Assembly (NCBI GenBank): GCA_030065155.1
Contig: JASJDI010000003.1
Coordinates: forward strand, 962-64,961
Direction of reading: 5' to 3'
Source: Xenococcaceae cyanobacterium MO_188.B29
Lineage (GTDB): Bacteria > Cyanobacteriota > Cyanobacteriia > Cyanobacteriales > Xenococcaceae
DNA length: 64,000 bases
Of the stretch, positions 9,037 through 17,876 are shown one piece after another; the first letter of the stretch is position 1; every line of letters starts with the position of its first letter. Made by a program: the position numbers and the translations under genes. The notes beneath the pieces were generated by a model that was not told the origin of the DNA, searched no databases, and saw only the letters and a program-made list of their open reading frames with translations.

Positions 9037-12000
9037 TTAATCCAAAACAGCACTACGATTTAAAGCAATCAATTCCTTAAACTTGTCATTATCCAACTCC
9101 GTTAACCAAGATTCATCTGAACCTACTACCGCTTCGGATAACTTTTTCTTATCCTCAATCATTCGATCGATCTTTTCTTCCAAAGAACCTAAAGTAACAA
9201 ACTTGTGGACAAAGACATTCTTTTGTTGCCCGATGCGAAATGCCCTATCTGTAGCCTGATCTTCTACCGCAGGATTCCACCAGCGATCGAAATGAAAGAC
9301 ATGATTAGCTTTAGTTAAAGTAATCCCGACACCCCCAGCTTTGAGGGAGAGAATAAACACTGCTGGTGGGGTATCAGGATCTTGAAATTCTGAGATCATC
9401 TTTTCTCTTTTGTGGCGATTTGTACCACCGTGAATATAGTAAGTTTGATAGTGGTAATTATGGCGGAGATGGTGTTCTAAAGCGTCACCAATTTCGCGGA
9501 ATTGGGTAAAGATAAGCAGACTTTCTTGTTCTGCTTGCACTTCTTCTATCATCTCTTGGAGACGGGAAAGTTTATGCGATCGATCTGGACTAAATTCGCT
9601 TTCATCTTGCAAGAATTGTCGGGGATGGTTGCAAATTTGCTTCAGTTTCATCAAAGTAGAAAGAATTAAGCCTTTACGCTGGATTCCTTCTGCTTCTTCT
9701 AGTTGGTTTTCTACATCTTTAACTACTGCTTCGTAGAGGGAGGCTTGTTCTTTGGTAAGGTTGCAATAAACCTTCTGTTCTACTTTATCGGGTAAATCTT
9801 TGATAATATTTTTATCAGTTTTGACTCGGCGGAGGATAAACGGTTCGACTAATTTTTTAAGAGTAGTTGCCTTAACGCGATCGCTATCTTTCTGAATGGG
9901 AATTTCAAAGGCTTTGCGGAATTGGGTTTGTTTACCGAGATAGCCAGGATTGAGAAAATTAAAAATAGACCATAAATCTAAGAGGCGGTTTTCTACAGGA
10001 GTACCTGTTAAAGCCAGGCGATGAGGGGAATTAAGTTTGAGGATCGCTTTAGTTTGGGCAGCTTTGGGGTTTTTAATGTTTTGTGCCTCATCTAAAACTA
10101 TCCGTTGCCACTCCACACTATTAAATAGTTTGGCATCTTTGCGAGCAAGGGTATAGGAAGTAATAACTACATCTTGTTCTAAACTAGTTTGTTTAAATTC
10201 TTTAACTTCATTATGTCTGCTATTACCATGATGAACAATGGTTTTGAGATGGGGAGCAAATTTAGCAACTTCTTTTTGCCAGTTACCTAATACAGAAGTA
10301 GGGGCAATTAAAAGGGTAGGGGCAACTGTATCAGTATTATTTCTTTCTTGTACGAGACGAGCAATTACCTGTACCGTTTTTCCTAAACCCATATCATCGG
10401 CTAAACAGCCATTAAGTCCCAATTTTTCGAGATAATCTAACCAAGAAACCCCTCTTTGCTGATATTCCCGTAATTTACCTTGGAAATTAGCTAAATCTTC
10501 AACTAATTGAAACTGACTTTTATCATTGAGTTTCGTCAGCATCTCTTCGAGGGTGTCATCTCGTTCAAATTCTAAGTCTTCTCCTGCTTCCGCTTCCCTT
10601 TGCAGTAATTCCAGCAAAGACATTTCGGGATTTTCTGACCCCTGTTTCTGCCAAAATTCCAACATTTGCTGCATCTTAGCTAAGTCTAGTTCTACCCACT
10701 CTCCCCTAAACTTAACTAGGGGGACTTTGGCATTAACTAGTTGTTCCCATTCTGCTTGAGTTACAGGTTCATCTCCTATGGCTAGTTGATACTGGTACTG
10801 CACTAAGGTATCTAGACTAAAATAACCTTTAGTTTCTGATTTACTAGCAGATTTACTACTTGACGAGACTCTCAGACGCAATTTTGCCCGTTTTCTGCCT
10901 GTAGGAGTCCACCAAGAAGGAATAATTACTTTGAATCCTGCATCTTCTAGTACCCATGCAGTTTCTTTGAGAAATTCAAAAGCACTATCAATATCCAGAA
11001 ATACCGCTACAGGTTCACTAGTTTCCAATCCTTGCCACAGTTTAGGATAAATACGGGCAGCATAACCGAGATTGAGGAGTAAATTCGTTTCAAACTCTTT
11101 ACCAAATTGTTTTTGTAGAGCTTTTTTTTGCTGAGAATCAAATCGCCAATAGTCTGAGAGATAGAGTTTTAAAGACAGATCGGTTTTCGGTGCAACTAAA
11201 AACTTGAGTTGCCAAGCTTCTTCTGGTTTATCTGGTGCTTGGAGTTGAAAATAAAGATAAAAAGGAATTGCTGTATCAGCGCGATCGATCTTATCTCGCC
11301 ATACTTGCCATTGTTGATAATCTTCTAAAGCAGAATCATTAGATTTAGCTAAATGAATACAGTCAGCATCAAAGCATCTTTCTAAAAGTGTCCCTTCTAA
11401 TTGCCGTTCAAATTTAGCAGTAGAAGGGGTATGAGTGACGATATCAGTTAATAAAGATTCAGAAAAATGACGCAGTAAAGTTTCTGGTTGGTAAAATTGA
11501 GGCGATTTAGCAGGGGAAGCAAAACCAGCCACACAAGCTAAAGGCATTGACTCTAAGTAATCCTGAATATCAGACTCATATTGTGCCGAAATAATTTCCC
11601 AGCCAGGATAAATAGCAAAAGCGGACTGTTTTCGTTTTCTTTTTCCCGTAGAAGTATTTAATTCCTGGTATTTTAGGGAGGGAATATATTGATCTTTGAG
11701 GATAATCTGTTTAAAAGCTTGGGTGTAGTAATACCAAAATAATAAATCTGAACCGAGTTGAACTTCCGCAATGTTGTTAATCGTTAAAAAATGAAGATCA
11801 TTGAGTAGTTTAATCGCATTATTGACTTGATTGTAATTGTAGGAACTAGTTTTAACTGAGGCAGTAGCCAAATAACAATCAACTTGCCAATACTGAAAGT
11901 CAAACTCTTCTGGTAGTTCGGTTTCTAAATAACGAGATATCTCTAGAGAAGGTAAAGGCTGAGAGTCTGCTGTGGGTAAAAGAAAATATTTTGTTTCGAT

Positions 12001-12213
12001 CGATTCTGCTAGTTGGGAATATGGTGCTGGTTTAATACCCAACTCTTGGCTGAGGAATAAATATAATGAGTCTTTTGGCAGTTGTCGAGGATGAATCTGC
12101 GTAGATTTCTTATTCTTTTTAGCTTGGGTTGTCTCTACCCAAAGGTAGAATCCCCCAGACTGAGTAAATTCAGCATCACTATCTGGAATCCAAGTTCCAT
12201 GAAGAATTTTCAT
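9037..12213 (-). CDS. SNF2-family DEAD/DEAH-box helicase with long N-terminal SNF2-associated region
   Basis: 1058 aa. Helicase motifs LADDMGLGKT (I), LDEAQNIKN (II), LTGTPVEN (III), C-terminal LSLKAGGVGITLT and QATDRAFRIGQ (VI). Confidence 0.9.
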   Translation of the reverse strand: MKILHGTWIPDSDAEFTQSGGFYLWVETTQAKKNKKSTQIHPRQLPKDSLYLFLSQELGIKPAPYSQLAESIETKYFLLPTADSQPLPSLEISRYLETELPEEFDFQYWQVDCYLATASVKTSSYNYNQVNNAIKLLNDLHFLTINNIAEVQLGSDLLFWYYYTQAFKQIILKDQYIPSLKYQELNTSTGKRKRKQSAFAIYPGWEIISAQYESDIQDYLESMPLACVAGFASPAKSPQFYQPETLLRHFSESLLTDIVTHTPSTAKFERQLEGTLLERCFDADCIHLAKSNDSALEDYQQWQVWRDKIDRADTAIPFYLYFQLQAPDKPEEAWQLKFLVAPKTDLSLKLYLSDYWRFDSQQKKALQKQFGKEFETNLLLNLGYAARIYPKLWQGLETSEPVAVFLDIDSAFEFLKETAWVLEDAGFKVIIPSWWTPTGRKRAKLRLRVSSSSKSASKSETKGYFSLDTLVQYQYQLAIGDEPVTQAEWEQLVNAKVPLVKFRGEWVELDLAKMQQMLEFWQKQGSENPEMSLLELLQREAEAGEDLEFERDDTLEEMLTKLNDKSQFQLVEDLANFQGKLREYQQRGVSWLDYLEKLGLNGCLADDMGLGKTVQVIARLVQERNNTDTVAPTLLIAPTSVLGNWQKEVAKFAPHLKTIVHHGNSRHNEVKEFKQTSLEQDVVITSYTLARKDAKLFNSVEWQRIVLDEAQNIKNPKAAQTKAILKLNSPHRLALTGTPVENRLLDLWSIFNFLNPGYLGKQTQFRKAFEIPIQKDSDRVKATTLKKLVEPFILRRVKTDKNIIKDLPDKVEQKVYCNLTKEQASLYEAVVKDVENQLEEAEGIQRKGLILSTLMKLKQICNHPRQFLQDESEFSPDRSHKLSRLQEMIEEVQAEQESLLIFTQFREIGDALEHHLRHNYHYQTYYIHGGTNRHKREKMISEFQDPDTPPAVFILSLKAGGVGITLTKANHVFHFDRWWNPAVEDQATDRAFRIGQQKNVFVHKFVTLGSLEEKIDRMIEDKKKLSEAVVGSDESWLTELDNDKFKELIALNRSAVLD

Positions 12214-12468
12214 CTTCCTACCAATTCTGTTATTTCTTTTAGAAAAATCTTACCAGATGCAGTTAAAAGCGATCACCTTCGGTGGCAGCGAAGCCGATCG
12301 GGTGTAGCCTAATCGCTTTTTCTCATTAGTCTTTGTGTCAGGCGATCTAATAATACTACCTAATACTAAGAATAGATTATCTAAGAATACTCATAATAAT
12401 TGACAGTTTTTAATTTTCGTTATTGGATTAATGACTACAATTTTTTATGTACGCTTTACTCTGAGTAA

Positions 12469-15435
12469 ATGAATCTATCACAGGTTTGGGGTTCTTTAAT
12501 TATTTTGCTAGGATGTCCTCTGCTAGGAGGATTGCCCTTAATCGAATGGATTACTTATGGAATTACTGGTCGTCAGTTGTCTAAACTAGGCACTGGAAAT
12601 ATTTCTGTATCGGCAGCTTTTTACCATGGCGGTAAATTAGTCGGAATTTTAGCTGTATTATCAGAAGCAAGCAAAGGAATTTTAGCTGTATTGCTCGCTC
12701 GCACCTTTTTTCCATTAGATTCAGTTTGGGAAATAATTGCTCTCATTGCCTTAGTAGTAGGACGTTACTGGATAGGGAAGGGAGCAGGAACAACTAATGT
12801 AGTATGGGGAGTTTTAGTGCATGATGCGATCGCTTTTGCCTTCGTTTTTTTTATTGGGGGTATTAGTTTTACCATCAATCGCGATCGTTTAGCAGGAAAG
12901 TTGGGAGTACTAGTTTTATTTGCTATTATTGTGGGGCTACGTCATGCCAGCCAACCAGAATATTTTGTGTCGGCTACCGCACTTTCTGCTTTGTTGGCGT
13001 GGATTTACCGACAAATACCTGATGATCTAGATTTACCCCCTAAGGGAGAAACAACGGATTCTCAAACTGTGTTTAGTTTTTTTCGCGGAGACAAAGCCAT
13101 TAGATCTTTAGATCGTCAATTAGATGCTACTAAAGTAGGGCAAAAAGCTGCTAATTTATCCTTCCTAAAACGCCTAGGCTATGCAGTTCCCGATGGTTGG
13201 GTAATTCCCCCGGGAGATGACCCTAAAACTGGTACTAGATTTTTACGACCTTCAGTTACAAATCCCTTGATTGTTCGCTCCTCTGCTATTGGCGAAGATT
13301 CAGCCAATGCTTCAGCAGCAGGACAATATTTAACTATTGCCAATGTTACTAGTCGTGAAGCTCTAATTTCAGCAATTATTGATTGCCAAGCTTCTTATAG
13401 TCAAGCTAACGCAGTAGATTATCGCCGTCTTACCCATAGTAATCTGAACAATTCAGAGAAAACCCAATCATCAGCAATGGCGGTAATAATCCAAAAACAG
13501 ATTAAGGGGTTATTTTCAGGAGTTGCTTTTAGCCGAGATCCCATTAATCAATTTACTCAAGCAGTAGCGATCGAAGTTTTACCAGGAGAAGCAGCCCAAG
13601 TAGTCTCAGGCAAGGTTACTCCTCAAAGATATTTAGTTAATCTACCTGAGTTTTCCTCTTCTGCTCAAGATCATGCCGATAGTAGTCAAATTGTTGTCAC
13701 CCCAGAAAATTCCAACTCTTCTTCTATTCTCATTCCTACGGAATTACTCGAATCTGTAGCTCTTATTGCTAGAGAATTGGAAGAACTTTTTCAAGGTATA
13801 CCCCAAGACATAGAATGGAGTTACGATGGCAAAAAATTGTGGTTACTGCAAACACGCTCTATTACTACGCTACAACCAATTTGGACACGCAAAATTGCAG
13901 CAGAAGTTATTCCTGGTCTGATTAAACCCTTAACTTGGTCAATTAATCAACCTCTAACGTGTGGGGTTTGGGGAGAGATTTTTCACCTAGTTTTGGGCAA
14001 AAAAGGACACGATCTCAATTTCCAACAAACCGCAACCCTACACTACAATCATGCCTATTTTAATGCAACCCTACTGGGAACAATATTTTTACGCATGGGT
14101 TTGCCCCCCGAAAGTTTAGAATTTTTAACTAGAGGAGAAAAATTCAGTAAACCATCCCTAAAATCTACCCTAAGCAACCTGCCTGGTTTATGGCGATTAT
14201 GCAAACGAGAATGGAATTTAGTTCAAGACTTCCAACAGGATTATGATAAATTATTTGCCTCAGCTTTAGCAGAAATTAAAGAAAAACCAGCTACAAAATT
14301 GGCTCCTAGCGAAATTTTATCTAGAATAGAGATTATCTTAGAACTCTTAGAACACGCAACTTACTATAGTATTCTGGCACCTTTAAGCTTTGCTCTCAGA
14401 CAAGCAATCTTCAAAATAGCAGATACAGAGTTAGATCAAAGCCAAACCCCAGAAATTGAATCAATGCGATCGCTCGCCGATTTAGCTGCTGATGCTCTTA
14501 AACTTCTTGCTCATGCAGAAATAAATACTGTTTCTAGTGCTTCTTTGTTTGCTCAGATAGCAGAAAATCCAGAGGGAGAATGCATTTTAGCCAGGTTTGA
14601 ACAATGGCTAGATAAATACGGTTATTTAAGTCAAGTAGCAACAGATATTTCTATTCCTCGTTGGCGAGATAATCCTCGTCCTGCCAGAGACATGTTTACC
14701 CGCTTTTTTAGCGATCCTGTACAAAGAAAACAAGCCCAATCTATTGCCCAAAAACAAATAACAGGGAATAGAGCTAAACTAGTCCAAACTAGGTTGAATT
14801 TAAAAGGTAAAGTTAGTGAGGTTTATAATCAGTTACTAGCTCATCTACGCTGGAGTTTCTTAGCATTAGAGGAACACTGGCTCAATGAAAAGAAATTAAA
14901 GGCATCAGGAGACATATTTTATCTGAAAATGCCAGAAATTAAGCATTTACAAGCAAATTATACCGAAAAACTTCAACAGGAGCTTTGGCAGTTAATTGCC
15001 CAAAGACAAGCAGAAACAGCAGCCAATAAAAAATTAGAGCATATTCCTTATCTTGTCTATGGCGATCGCACTCCTGTTATGTCAGCAACTAATACGCCTT
15101 TGATTGTTGATGCTCAAGTATTAAAAGGAATTGGTACAAGTCCAGGAAAAATAGAAGGCTCAGTTAAAATTTTGTCTGATTTTGCCAATATAGACCATAT
15201 AGATAAAAAGACAATTATCGTTGTTCCTTATACCGATGCAGGATGGTCGCCAGTATTAGCTCGCGCTGGTGGATTAATTGCAGAAGTGGGTGGTCGTTTA
15301 TCTCATGGAGCAATTATTGCTCGTGAATACGGTATTCCAGCAGTAATGGATATTCCTAACATTAATCAAATTTTACACAATGGTCAAAAAGTGAGAATAG
15401 ATGGTTTTTTAGGAGTAGTGGAAATTTTAGATTAA
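12469..15435 (+). CDS. Fusion protein: PlsY-like polytopic membrane domain + PEP-synthase/PPDK-type ATP-grasp + C-terminal PEP-utilizer swivel His domain
   Basis: 988 aa. N-terminal ~185 aa has multiple TM helices with GTGNISVSAAFYHGG...SKGILAVLLA (divergent PlsY GSGNxGATN..KG motif). The middle has VGQKAANL...VRSSAIGEDS...AAGQY (PPDK_N-like). The C-terminus has GGRLSHGAIIAREYGIPAV (phospho-His swivel). Confidence 0.75.
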   Translation: MNLSQVWGSLIILLGCPLLGGLPLIEWITYGITGRQLSKLGTGNISVSAAFYHGGKLVGILAVLSEASKGILAVLLARTFFPLDSVWEIIALIALVVGRYWIGKGAGTTNVVWGVLVHDAIAFAFVFFIGGISFTINRDRLAGKLGVLVLFAIIVGLRHASQPEYFVSATALSALLAWIYRQIPDDLDLPPKGETTDSQTVFSFFRGDKAIRSLDRQLDATKVGQKAANLSFLKRLGYAVPDGWVIPPGDDPKTGTRFLRPSVTNPLIVRSSAIGEDSANASAAGQYLTIANVTSREALISAIIDCQASYSQANAVDYRRLTHSNLNNSEKTQSSAMAVIIQKQIKGLFSGVAFSRDPINQFTQAVAIEVLPGEAAQVVSGKVTPQRYLVNLPEFSSSAQDHADSSQIVVTPENSNSSSILIPTELLESVALIARELEELFQGIPQDIEWSYDGKKLWLLQTRSITTLQPIWTRKIAAEVIPGLIKPLTWSINQPLTCGVWGEIFHLVLGKKGHDLNFQQTATLHYNHAYFNATLLGTIFLRMGLPPESLEFLTRGEKFSKPSLKSTLSNLPGLWRLCKREWNLVQDFQQDYDKLFASALAEIKEKPATKLAPSEILSRIEIILELLEHATYYSILAPLSFALRQAIFKIADTELDQSQTPEIESMRSLADLAADALKLLAHAEINTVSSASLFAQIAENPEGECILARFEQWLDKYGYLSQVATDISIPRWRDNPRPARDMFTRFFSDPVQRKQAQSIAQKQITGNRAKLVQTRLNLKGKVSEVYNQLLAHLRWSFLALEEHWLNEKKLKASGDIFYLKMPEIKHLQANYTEKLQQELWQLIAQRQAETAANKKLEHIPYLVYGDRTPVMSATNTPLIVDAQVLKGIGTSPGKIEGSVKILSDFANIDHIDKKTIIVVPYTDAGWSPVLARAGGLIAEVGGRLSHGAIIAREYGIPAVMDIPNINQILHNGQKVRIDGFLGVVEILD

Positions 15436-15556
15436 GTAAATAGGACAACACAAAAACAGCAATGTTAACAATTGTCAAATAGGGACTTAGCCTGAAATGT
15501 CCCTACTAACCACTAACTTAATAGATAATTTTAGAATCACAAATTCATAGATTTAT

Positions 15557-16609
15557 ATGCTAGCTCTTGTTATTGCTGTTGTTATAGTTATTTTGGGTTC
15601 AGCACTTTGTTCTGGCTCAGAAACTGCTCTTTTATCTGTTCCTTTAATTAAAGTTCGGCAACTAGCACAATCAAGAAAACCATCTGCTTTAGCACTCCTG
15701 GGAATTCGCAACAAAATTAATCGACCGATCGCGACGATTGTTATCCTCAATAATATTTTTAATATTGTTGGTAGTATTGTAATTGGCTCTTTGGCAGTAG
15801 AAGCATTAGGAGATACTTGGTTAGGAGTGTTTTCTGGCTTTCTTACTTTTTTAATTATTATTTTAGGCGAAATTATTCCTAAAACTTTAGGAGAACGTTA
15901 TGCAGAAAATATTTCCTTATTTATTGCTATACCGATTAAGTTTTTAACTATTTTATTCATTCCTTTAGTTTGGATAGTTGAAAGGGTAACTGCCCCAATT
16001 ACTCAAGGCAAACCAATTCCTACTACCAATGAAGCAGAAATTAAGTTTTTAACTAAAATTGGTTATCAAGAAGGAGTGATAGAAGATGACGAAGCCGAAA
16101 TGATTCAGCATGTCTTTCAACTGAATGATTTAACTGCATCTGACTTAATGACTCCTAGAATTATTGTTACTTATTTAAAAGGAAACTTAACTCTAACTGA
16201 ATGTAAACAAGAGATTATTTCTTCTCAACACACCCGTATTTTAGTGATTGAAAACTCTATTGATAATGTGATTGGTTTAGTCTTAAAAGATGAATTGCTT
16301 ACTGCCATGATTGAGGGGAATAAAGAACAAACAATCAATAATCTTGTACGTCAAGTGCGTTTTGTTCCTGAAACGATTAGAGCAGATAAATTATTAAAAG
16401 TTTTTCAAGAAACCAGAGAGCATTTAGCTGTGGTCTTAGATGAATATGGAGGGGTTGCAGGAGTAGTTACCTTAGAAGATGTTTTAGAAGTCTTAACAGG
16501 AGAAATTGTTGATGAAACCGATCGCAATGTCGATTTACAAGAAATTGCGCGCAAAAAAAGACAAAGACTATTGCAATCACAAGGAATTATTAACGAACAA
16601 AAACCCTAG
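15557..16609 (+). CDS. CNNM/DUF21 + CBS-pair membrane protein (hemolysin-family / CorC-type transporter-associated)
   Basis: 350 aa. N-terminal DUF21-type TM region (SGSETALLS) followed by tandem CBS-like repeats. Confidence 0.8.
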   Translation: MLALVIAVVIVILGSALCSGSETALLSVPLIKVRQLAQSRKPSALALLGIRNKINRPIATIVILNNIFNIVGSIVIGSLAVEALGDTWLGVFSGFLTFLIIILGEIIPKTLGERYAENISLFIAIPIKFLTILFIPLVWIVERVTAPITQGKPIPTTNEAEIKFLTKIGYQEGVIEDDEAEMIQHVFQLNDLTASDLMTPRIIVTYLKGNLTLTECKQEIISSQHTRILVIENSIDNVIGLVLKDELLTAMIEGNKEQTINNLVRQVRFVPETIRADKLLKVFQETREHLAVVLDEYGGVAGVVTLEDVLEVLTGEIVDETDRNVDLQEIARKKRQRLLQSQGIINEQKP

Positions 16610-16671
16610 ATAATATTTTTTAATCAGGAGTGAGTTAAATATTATCTAGAGTAATAATCAATTTTCTGTGC

Positions 16672-17067
16672 TTAATTTATTGGCTGAAATTCTTTGGCAA
16701 AATCTTGAACAACAACAGAATCGTAGAAAAGGCGTTCGTGAATGATGTAGCCTTCTTGCCAGGTTTGCATACTCAATTTTTCGATATTCATCAAATTTCC
16801 ATCTTGAGTGACAACATTAAGATTAATTTCCATTACCGAGCGATCGCTATCGAATAATACTGCACCAATATTAAAATCATGAACTTCTTTAATATTGGCA
16901 TTAATGTGCTGTTGTCGTTCAATGCTAAGGGCGCGTCCATATCGAGGAGGTAGCAAATTCTCTTGAAAAACCATATTATCGGCATAAAATCGCATATATA
17001 CTTCTTCTATTGGAGGATTGGTCTTTAAAAAATCCACCAGTTGTTCAACTCGTTCACGTACAGTCAT
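16672..17067 (-). CDS. Small NTF2/SnoaL-like fold protein (function unknown)
   Basis: 131-aa ORF with a pattern compatible with SnoaL-like proteins. Assignment is weak. Confidence 0.45.
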   Translation of the reverse strand: MTVRERVEQLVDFLKTNPPIEEVYMRFYADNMVFQENLLPPRYGRALSIERQQHINANIKEVHDFNIGAVLFDSDRSVMEINLNVVTQDGNLMNIEKLSMQTWQEGYIIHERLFYDSVVVQDFAKEFQPIN

Positions 17068-17509
17068 AATTACTTGAGGATGTAAGTCTGGTTATGTTCG
17101 ATTAAAAGCAAATCTGGTTTGTACTTTCACTACCTAAAATCAGAACCTAATCAATGAATTTCTTCATCTTCACTTTTAATAAGTGTTGCTTAAAAAATTA
17201 TTTAGATTAGATCCACTAATATATCAATATAAAAAATTTTAGCTACCTGTGTCTTGTCGATTATTGGGCAAAAATAGTTAAATATTGTGGATTTAGAGTA
17301 ATTATAGCCGTGTGCAGACTGCTTAAGCACAGCAACAGCAATAATATGTTTCCAATTAATACTTATTCTTATTAAGAGCTAGATAAATTATTTTTGTAAA
17401 TATTAATTATTGCAGCTATAACTTTTTCTTAACATTAATTTAATAATTTGCTTATTATCTTAGTTGATATGGGAACTCTATAAATATCAATTCATAAAAA
17501 TTTTAATTA

Positions 17510-17848
17510 ATGGAACTTGTAAATCCGTCAATAGAACAGCTAGTAACAGAAATCATAGCTGTAAATCACGCATGGAAAGAAGCAAAAGATTTATTTGAGG
17601 AAACTGCTTCACCATTAGTAAATTCACTGAGAGATTTAAAAACTCGTTTACAAATTCAACTTTTGCGTAATTATGCGCCAGAGTGGGTTTTTCTCATAGA
17701 AGATACTCAAGCAGAAAGTGATGAAACTCTTTATGGTTTGCAGCTTGTAAAAGCTATTGGAAGTTGGAGAGATGCTGCACATTTACCAGTTAGAGTCGCA
17801 CAAGAAAATTTATCGTCACAAGAATTAGAAGTATTTATCAAAAGCTAA
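17510..17848 (+). CDS. Hypothetical 112-aa acidic protein, first gene of the Zorya-like cassette
   Basis: ORF ends 28 nt upstream of the ZorA-like gene on the same strand. No recognisable motif, predicted helical, no TM. Confidence 0.55.
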   Translation: MELVNPSIEQLVTEIIAVNHAWKEAKDLFEETASPLVNSLRDLKTRLQIQLLRNYAPEWVFLIEDTQAESDETLYGLQLVKAIGSWRDAAHLPVRVAQENLSSQELEVFIKS

Positions 17849-17876
17849 TTTCAAATTTCAAATAAGGTAGTAACTA

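Noticed and set aside
10238-12312. Plus-strand ORFs 10238..10435, 10526..10759, 12082..12312 opposite the SNF2 helicase
   Set aside because: These are Ser/Cys-rich shadow frames of a long, motif-supported minus-strand gene.
15480-15505. Hairpin tagggac...gtcccta after the PlsY-fusion gene as a terminator
   Set aside because: The stem is only 7 bp with a 12-nt loop and no T-run. This is too weak to call.
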